43,097 nt of DNA from Octopus bimaculoides (Eukaryota), in the NCBI RefSeq assembly GCF_001194135.2, contig NC_068992.1:27557187-27600283 (forward strand). Direction: 5' to 3'. This document shows positions 35,125 to 43,097 of the stretch, piece after piece. The translations under genes and the position numbers were made by a program. Numbering within the stretch: the first letter of the stretch is position 1; each line of letters begins with the position of its first letter. A model generated the notes under the pieces. It was not told where the DNA came from and ran no database searches. It saw only the letters and a list, made by a program, of their open reading frames with translations.

Positions 35125-36854
35125 CTGTGAAATTACAAAATAGAACTATTATCAGTTATTTTTCAATATCTACAACCACTAGGTTTAAAAACATTACATA
35201 AAAAAAAAATATTAATCCTTTTGATACCAACCTACCTGAGATCACCCTTTATTTTACAGTACAAGTTTCCTGCTTTAAAGTGATCTAAATGCTATTCTGC
35301 TATAGTGCATGCCATGGTGTATAGTGTTATCTTCAATGTGTAGGTATTTGATTTCTGGTTCATACTTAGTAATTCAATTGATAATCTGCTAAATCAACAA
35401 CACTAACACTCTCATGGGAATACATTGCATGAATGTTTGCAATTTTGAGATATTTTAAAGAAAATATAATATCTTGAAGCTCGGCATAATAAAAAAAATC
35501 ATACATTAGAAAAATTATACATATAAAATTTTCTTATGCTTCCTTTCTTTTTCTTTCACTTTTGTTAAGAAAGACTGCTTTTTCAAATATTAATTGTTTA
35601 GGACACATATGTGAATTAAATATATTCATATGCCCTTGAAACTTAAATATTCCATACTTGGATCCCTTTCTAAGTGCAGGCCTCTATATTGTTATAATCC
35701 TGTATCTAATTAGTCAAAATTACTTAAGTAAAATAATTTAGTTTATGGACAAACATAAATTATATACTTTTGGTGTCATAAATATTATAGTTTAAATACT
35801 TGTAATTACACACTTCTAAAAACCATTAAAAAACAGCTATAATTTTTAAATAAAACAAAATGTAATATTACTGTAGTTACTGAAATCTCCATAAAACATT
35901 ATTGCTTTATGTACTAGATGACAAAGGACTGTAGCAAGGGGCAAGATGCTATGAGACCCACTTAACCTATACCAGCATGGAAAAAGTCATAAAATGATGA
36001 CATTGATAATATTTGAATATAATATAAATTTGTTTTATATTTACAATTTTATATGAACAGAAATTTGAATCCTTTATAATCACAATTAGATATAATATAA
36101 ATAAATCATTCTAATGTACCTCAAAGTGAATACAGCTTTCAATAATAGCTCATAATATATTGGATGACAAAAAGGTTATAAGCAGGCTTTGGCCTCTTTT
36201 TCCAAACATGAAATTTTTAACCCAAGATATTACAAGCTAATATATATAGCTTCATTCAATTCATGATATACTATGAAAATTATTTATTCAAATATTTCTT
36301 CATTATTCTACATTTGTATTCTATAAATTTAAATGTGGGGTTGTAAATGAACTATAAAAAATCAAAGAAAATATAAACATTTTTTGGAACAAAAAGTGGT
36401 CAATACTGGCAAGGATTTGTATAATAAATTTTTCAATGAAGGGTTCTACTAGAAACATTGCAGATCTTTTCCCCCCTCCTTACAACACATTATAATAAAC
36501 AAAATAGTTTTGATTTTGCTAATTTAAAAGAAAAATAATTACACACATGCAGAGAAATCATGATCATCATCATCATCATTATCATAACTTCAATGTCTAA
36601 TTTTTCATATTTGAATGGGTCAGATGAAATTCTCTGAAATGAATTTTCTACAGCCAAATGCTCCTACTTTTGCAAACTCTCACCTGTTTCAAACTAAAGT
36701 AATATATTCCTCCAGTCTGGACACCTTTCCACAGAAGATTACAAAGAAATGAAACCACTACTTATATAATGTGCTTACAGTTAGTACTCAATGTCATGAC
36801 AATGAAACACACATACACACACAAATGTGTATATGTTAATTTGCTTTTAATGGC

Positions 36855-38860
36855 CGGCACATTGTCAAACAACATTCCCAGGAACAAAAAAATCCTCATG
36901 AGACAGGTCAAAGATCTCAAAGTGGATGAATAGACAACTGAAATATAGAGAGAAGTCTATCTTAACACATACACTCCTAGAAACTGAAAGCAAGATCAAA
37001 CTCTCTCACAAAAAGAAAAGAGCAGAGAGAGAGAAGAGGGCTGTGAAAGCATAAAAACAGATCTCAAAGCTTTCTATAAATTTGCAAAGGAAACAGCCAC
37101 AGTGCAATATAAAATAGGATCATTGTTCCAAGGGAATGACTCACTGACAGCAGACCCATGAAGGATAAGTGAGACACTCAGTGAACAATTTAAAAGTGTC
37201 CTCACTTTCTTCCTTGGACACATGCAGATAAAAAAATCTAGCTGAATTCTTTGATATTGCAGCTCTAAAAAAAGGCGGCACCAGCCATCGATTACATCAA
37301 CATTGAGGAAATAGATGTAACAGTGGCCATAGATGAAATGAGCTCATGCTCCACCACTGGTCCTAATAGCTTCCGAGCTATTCTCCTAAAGTCATGTAAG
37401 CAGGCTTTAGCAAAATCACTTCAGATATTTTTCCAAAGTTTCCTTGTAAGTGGTATACTTCCCAGAAAGTTGAAAGAAGGCCCTATCCACAAAGATGGAA
37501 GCAGAGCAGAGGCCAAAAACTACAGGCCAATCTCTCTGACTTTGCATATCAATAAAGCCATAGAGCGAATCACCAGAAAGAAGTTGATAATGTTCCTAGA
37601 AGAAAATGACCTACTGAACAATACACAGCATGACTTCTGTCCAGGAAGAAGCAGCCTCACATAGCTCCTACAGTACTATGACTGGTTTTTGAAACAGCTG
37701 CTTGACCATTCAGATGTCAATGTGATATACCTTGACTTCGCAAAGGTATTTTATAAGGTAGATCATGGCATGATATGTAATAAGCTACGAGACCTTGGCA
37801 TTTCTGGTAAACTGGGAGAGTGGCTACATGACTTCCTTAAAAACAGAAGTCAGATAGTTGCAGCCAATGGTGCCCTTTCTGAGGAAACTCAAATACTGAG
37901 TTGTCTCCCCCATGGAACTGTTCCGAGGCCATTACTGTTAATAATAGCCCTCTTAGACATGCCCACGGTCACTTGGACAACCACTGTCACTAGCTATGCC
38001 AATGATACAAAATTATCACAGGTAATAAAAAAACCAAGATGACGCTGCAAGCTTACAGCAGGACCTGAATTCAATATACAAGTGCACCAAGATAAACAAC
38101 ATGCAGTTTAATGCTGGAAAATTTCAAGCACTGCACTATTAACTCATGACTGCACTACAGCCAGCATATGCAAGACCCGAAGGCACTACAATCCCAGAGT
38201 TACAGGTAGTGAAAGACTTGGGGATCAATATGTACAATGACGCATCATTTTATATGCACATTACCAAGATGGCAACAAAATGCAGACAATTGGCAGGATG
38301 GATACTGAGGTCCTTCAAGACAAGAAACCAAGAAACTATGTTGATCCTGTGGAGAACCTTTGTTCTCAGCTACGTGGACTATTGCTCCCAGTTATGGTCA
38401 CCACATAGTGCCAAACTAACAGCAGAGTTTGAGGCAGTCCAATGCCACTACACTAAAAAGATTGAAACAGTGCAGCAGATGAGCTACAGGGATAGGCTGA
38501 GAAAACTGCAATTTTACTCCCTGAAGTTAAGGAATGAGAGATATGCCATAATCTACAAATGGAAAACTCTAGAAGGGGTAGTACCTAATTTCAGCACTGT
38601 GTGTTATACAAATGCCAAAACTGGCCGTCATTGTATTGTACCAAAGGTACCATCCACTCTATCTAAATTCAAGATCAGGTACTGTAATAGTCTTGGGTTC
38701 AAAGGCCCACAGCTCTTCAATACCCTGCCACAAAAATTAAGCGAAAGTAGATGTCTTCAAAAAGGAACTAGACATCCTCCTCTCCACAATACTGGATGAA
38801 CCAACATCCTGGCACAAGGTGCAGATGAGGACAGCAGAATCAACAGCTGGGACAAAGGCA
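36855..38860 (+). mobile_element. CR1/L2-group LINE remnant with nearly complete, frameshifted RT (ORFs 37323-37664, 37689-38042, 38146-38799)
   Basis: KNYRPISLT, QHDFCPGRS (QHGFRPGRS), IYLDFAKVFYKVDH, LPHGTVPRPLL (VPQGTVLGPLLF), YAND at 37995-38006 (YADD), YVDYCSQLWSP, and terminal FKKELD..L..ILDEP...SNS. Confidence 0.92.
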
Positions 38861-38904
38861 AATACAGGAGTAGTGATGTGAAATGTCCCAGACTGAGGAA
38901 ATCA

Positions 38905-39665
38905 GAAAGAATAAAATCACCATTGGCTTCAACCACGGCCTCCAGACAACTTTGGAATCTCCTGCAACTCTTCTGGATGGTCTTCTTGTTTAAATTGGTG
39001 AATAATGCCATAATCCTTGCCTTCAGTCATCTTTGGTATTACAAAGAGTTTTATTGGTCTCTCGCTCAAATGCACCCCACACATAATAATCAAGGGGGTT
39101 GCAGTCTGGAGAGTTAGGTGACCAGATGTTCGGAGTAATGTGGTCGCAGAAATTGTCTGACAGCCATGACTAGGTTCTCCTGTATGTGTGGCATGGTCTA
39201 GAGTCCTGTTGCCAAACACAGGGTCTTCCAGCAGCCACCCTCTTGACCCAGGGCTACATTACCTCCTCCAGACACATGATGTAGGCCTCCAGGTTGAGTC
39301 TGAGGCTGTGCGAGAAGATGAATGGAGGCATAACGTTGCCATCTCTAGTAATCACTCCAAACATCACGATGTTGACTAGATGTTTGATTTTTATCACTCT
39401 CAGTACATGTTTTGGACACACAGAAAGTCCTCAGATTAACATCCTAACACTGAAATGTTTGTATTGGAGCATCCAGTGCAAATGCCAAGCAGTACAGCAT
39501 GTCATTTCCAAATTTCTGGCAGAGTGAGTTGCATCATGGTGCCGTTTTTTCACTGAAGGTGCCCAACTGACCCTACTATACTATGTAGTTGACTAAATCA
39601 AAAACAAACAATGCACATGCACAAAATTAAAATATAAAAATTGCAACAATTTACTTATCACACCT

Positions 39666-39667
<2 letters not shown>
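38905..39667 (-). mobile_element. Internally deleted maT/DD37D-like Tc1/mariner; 5' end present, 3' TIR not seen
   Basis: Putative TIR start CAAGGTGTGATAAGTAAATTG at 39667. MMQLTLPEIWK*HAV... is joined to VMFGVITRDGNVMPPFIF, WQQDSRPCH, WSPNSPDCNP(L)DYYVWG and LEAVVEANGDF. Same superfamily branch as 18530-19440. Confidence 0.88.

Positions 39668-39738
<71 letters not shown>
39668..39738. repeat. (GT)n microsatellite
   Basis: Direct reading. Confidence 0.95.
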
Positions 39739-39742
<4 letters not shown>

Positions 39743-40101
39743 AAACTTTAAATACCATAAGACTAATTGCCTGAGAAGTAACTCAGCTTTGAAGAATATA
39801 TATATACATTTCTACTCAAATACACAAATTTGCACAAAATATATACATATATATATACAACACATACATACACTCACATACAATGCATTTATGTACATAT
39901 ACACACACATACATATATACACATACGTACACTCACATACAATGCATTTATGTATATAAACACACACATACATACACACACAATATATATATAATGCAAT
40001 CCAATCTAGTAGTATTTGGAATGCAACCAAAACAATGATATTAGAAAGGAAATTGTTGATTATTTTGTCCAAAGTATCTGATAGAAAACTTACTTATTCA
40101 G

Positions 40102-40182
40102 GCAGTTGCTGAGATACAAGTCAGTTTTTAATAATGATCTGCAGCTAACATTTAACCACCATCAAATATTTGCTGACCACAG
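40102..40182 (+). CDS. Weak candidate exon (xQLLRYKSVFNNDLQLTFNHHQIFADH+AG)
   Basis: CTTATTCAG| acceptor and CAG|GTAAGC donor. 81 nt with one open frame, phase-compatible with 42691-42716. Confidence 0.25.
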
Positions 40183-41304
40183 GTAAGCTCACCTAATAGA
40201 TTTGATTTTTCCTGAATGATAAATTGCTATCATTTTTTTTAAATATGTGAAAGTATTATTAACACAGGTGCCACCTGTTTAGATATTTTTTTCTCTCTGT
40301 ATATATTGAAGCTCAAGTGACTAAATAGTGCATGCATATCTAGAAAGAAAAACATGTAGTAACCTTTTTCCCCCAGGCTGAGATCTTTGTTGTGCAGTTA
40401 AGTTACTTTCAGCATAACCTGAAAAGATAATACAAACAAAATATTCTAATTTCTCTCAGAAAAGTATAACTGAAATGTTGATTGATAAGTGCATCTAAAA
40501 TTTAATTAGGAATGATTTGAAATATATGCACTTATATATTTTCCAATATAAATGAAACAGCTAATAGATCATGCTTTTCAGTTTGTTATATATTACCATT
40601 GAAATCAAATCAAAAATTTGCTTGAGGCTTTACATCAAGGTTTCAGTACATTGTTTTGTTTTGTTTTCTAGTTTTTGGTGTATTTTACTGTAAACTTGGG
40701 AAAAATTAGTCTATCATGATAAATTGTATTCAATTTTAAAATACTTGAAATTAAAATATGTACATATATCTGAATCTGTATTGACAACTAAGCCACACAA
40801 ACACTTCAATAAACCTTTTTATCCTTTAGTGATGATATCACATAAGCATTTTTTTAAATTTCCTTTTCACAAAGATCTTAAACAAACAACTACTTTTTTC
40901 ATCCTACATAATGCTCTTTTGTCTAATGACAATGAGAAATCTAAGTGTGAAGGAAGCTCTTAGAGTAGAACAGACTATATCTAAATATACTAAAATCAGT
41001 GTCAAAATAGAAAACATTTTCTATATGAAATTTAGTATACTGGTGGGAGTCATCCAAAATATAATTTACAAGCTGCTCCAAATCACTGTATGTTTAGGAG
41101 TGGATGACTGAGAGAAATTCTATATTTTAACAACTTCTCATTTCAGAATGTATAGAAAAATTTCACATGTAAAAATCTTGATAGCAAAGTCTAGAGTGCA
41201 AAAGGTTTGTTAGCAATTAAGATCAGAAAACATTGTATTGAATGTAAAATGGTCTAGCTCAGTTTGAGTAGGGGGAGTGATATGTGAAAACTAAAAATGC
41301 AAGT

Positions 41305-41473
41305 ACATTATTTACATTTGACGGATATTTGTCCTCATCTTGTTTGTTGTTAACACAACATTTTGGCTTCATCAGGTGTCTTGGAGAAATTTCGAACATG
41401 GGTTCTCATTTCGATGTTATTAACATTATTATTATTATTGTTATTATTACTATTTTTATTATTATTATTACTA

Positions 41474-41542
<69 letters not shown>

Positions 41543-41615
41543 TCACTGTCTGGAATCGAACTCGGAATCTTGGAGTTAGTAGCCTGTGTTCTTAACCACT
41601 ACACCATATGCCCAT
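41305..41615 (-). mobile_element. tRNA-derived SINE with a long internal (AAT)n (41424-41538) and a unique 3' segment
   Basis: Head GGGCATATGGTGTAGTGGTTAAG...GAGTTCGATTCCAG has clear A and B boxes. It lacks a tRNA acceptor-stem 3' strand and runs into (AAT)n. Confidence 0.8.
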
Positions 41616-42423
41616 GTACACAATTCCTCATCTCTTACATATAGAACTGTAAAGATGCAAGCTATGAAACCATGTTCCCTTCAGAAGACTAGATTGGAAT
41701 CAGAGCTTTAGATGCAATAAATGTTTGTTGTAGGTAACATATAAATGGAGCTAAAAATAGTTCTATTAAAAGTAGCCAAAATGAGATTTGAGTAGAAGAA
41801 TTCCAATATATGAAGCCAATGCAAGAATGATGATATTGTATAGCAATGTAACATGGACAAGGTGTGTTGAAAATTTGTGGTAACTAAAATAAAATAGACT
41901 GGGTATGCTTCAAAAGACAAGTAATATGAATACATATCATAAGCTGGGAAAAAATGAGTTGGAAAAGTAGTGAGGCATCAAAGGAGTTGAATCAATGTGC
42001 GGAGATCAGGGAGCTTGTACTGGATGAACAATTAATGCAAATGGATGACAATGAAAAATGTGGCACTTCACCAATGAAAGAATTTCTTGTAGGCCATTGT
42101 TGAGCTCTGATTCAAAAGTGTGAAACAAGTGCAATATGAATTTTCCTCTAGATGAGATGCTAGTCTTATTGCCGGTGACATTCACACATTATCTAGCGCC
42201 ATTCCAACAGGTGGGTAAACTGAGGGATTGAAGAATAAATATACTGCAATACACACAATGAAATTTACAAAGTGGTTTTGCAGGCAAAAGTATTGAACTA
42301 GTAATCTAATTTATCAACTTGTCCACTAATGATAGAGGCAGATTAAGGATGATTCAGAAAAATGTAATGAAGCTAGATCTACCAACATTATTTTCTCCAA
42401 GCAATAAAGGATGAGATACTTAC

Positions 42424-42435
42424 AGTTGTTAGCAT
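42424..42435 (-). CDS. Candidate 12-nt microexon ATGCTAACAACT
   Basis: TTTTCTTTATTATAATATAG| acceptor and |GTAAGT consensus donor. Frame-preserving length. Confidence 0.3.
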
Positions 42436-42690
42436 CTATATTATAATAAAGAAAACTGCTCAGTAATTTGTTTGGAGTATGCAACTTTTACTAAAAGAGA
42501 GCAATTATTAAAGTCTACACTCTACAAAATTCTTAAATATTCAAATGTGTTTTTATCAAAATGTGTTTTTCAAATTTCTTTTATTATTCAAGAGTTCAAC
42601 TACAAAAAACTAATTTAAACTCATTGTTAGATAGCGTTCCTTCTTTGTCTTTTGTCTCTCTCTTTCTCTCTCTGACATTACTTTCTACAG

Positions 42691-42716
42691 GCATATCAAT
42701 AACATTTCTCAAAAGT
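42691..42716 (+). CDS. Candidate 26-nt microexon
   Basis: A ~50-nt pyrimidine tract ending CTTTCTACAG|, and donor |GTAAGT at 42717. Confidence 0.3.
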
Positions 42717-42857
42717 GTAAGTATAATCCAGCATCAGCCAGTTTATTTGATTCCAGGATCCTTTCATAGTTGTTAGGTGTGTTGTTGAAGAAATAGAAAG
42801 CTTCTTATAATTAATTCCTTTGCTAAGATCACTGTTCATGTTATCCTAATTCATATG

Positions 42858-43097
42858 ATCATCATCATCATCATCATCATCGTTTAACGTCCGCTTTCCA
42901 TGCTAGCATGGGTTGGACGATTTGACTGAGGACTGGTGAAACCGGATGGCAACACCAGGCTCCAGTCTGATTTGGCAGAGTTTCTACAGCTGGATGCCCT
43001 TCCTAACGCCAACCACTCAGAGAGTGTAGTGGGTGCTTTTACGTGTCACCCGCACGAAAACGGCCACGCTCGAAATGGTGTCTTTTATGTGCCACCC
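42858..43097 (-). mobile_element. Young RTE-related 3' tail copy, continuing past the window edge
   Basis: 165/166 identical to 24076-24241, CpGs retained, (ATC)n tail. Confidence 0.92.

Noticed and set aside
35212-35400. Strong minus-strand donor CAG|GTAGGT at 35236
   Set aside because: The frame needed to join 35124 has a stop just upstream. The site lies in a segment starting TTAATCCTTTTGATACC that resembles a TTAA-type MITE end.
41341-41376. CUGAUGA-AGCC-AAAA-UGUUG on the minus strand as a second hammerhead
   Set aside because: No stem II, GAAA replaced by AAAA, and no properly placed NUH triplet, so it is at best a deleted relic.
41284-41644. Poly-Ile and poly-Leu ORFs that look like membrane proteins
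   Set aside because: Translations of the (ATT)n tract.

Overview
AT-rich, repeat-dominated eukaryotic genomic DNA with two N gaps (23417-23512 and 24242-25030). The repeat mix of RTE-type LINE tails ending in (GAT)n, tRNA/CORE-type SINEs, Tc1/mariner derivatives and TA/CA microsatellites suggests an octopus-like cephalopod; this is an inference and no search was run. No intact long gene, tRNA, rRNA or CRISPR array is supportable. The window mostly looks intronic or intergenic. It holds many decayed RTE LINE fragments, two CR1/L2-group LINE fragments, several SINEs (one complete with an 11-bp TSD), five deleted Tc1/mariner elements and several MITEs, with at least four nested insertions that can be shown from the window itself. 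A few short candidate exons could belong to an unidentified host gene: minus strand 42424-42435, 35009-35124 and 11303-11411 are phase-compatible and could give a small single-TM protein, and there are competing plus-strand candidates. The most unusual structures are a ~765-bp fold-back with a hammerhead-ribozyme-like core (20724-21487), two near-perfect hairpins abutting (TA)n tracts, and a nested inverted duplication at 6.7-7.5 kb. I found no convincing novel multi-gene system. All coordinates and identities were read by eye.
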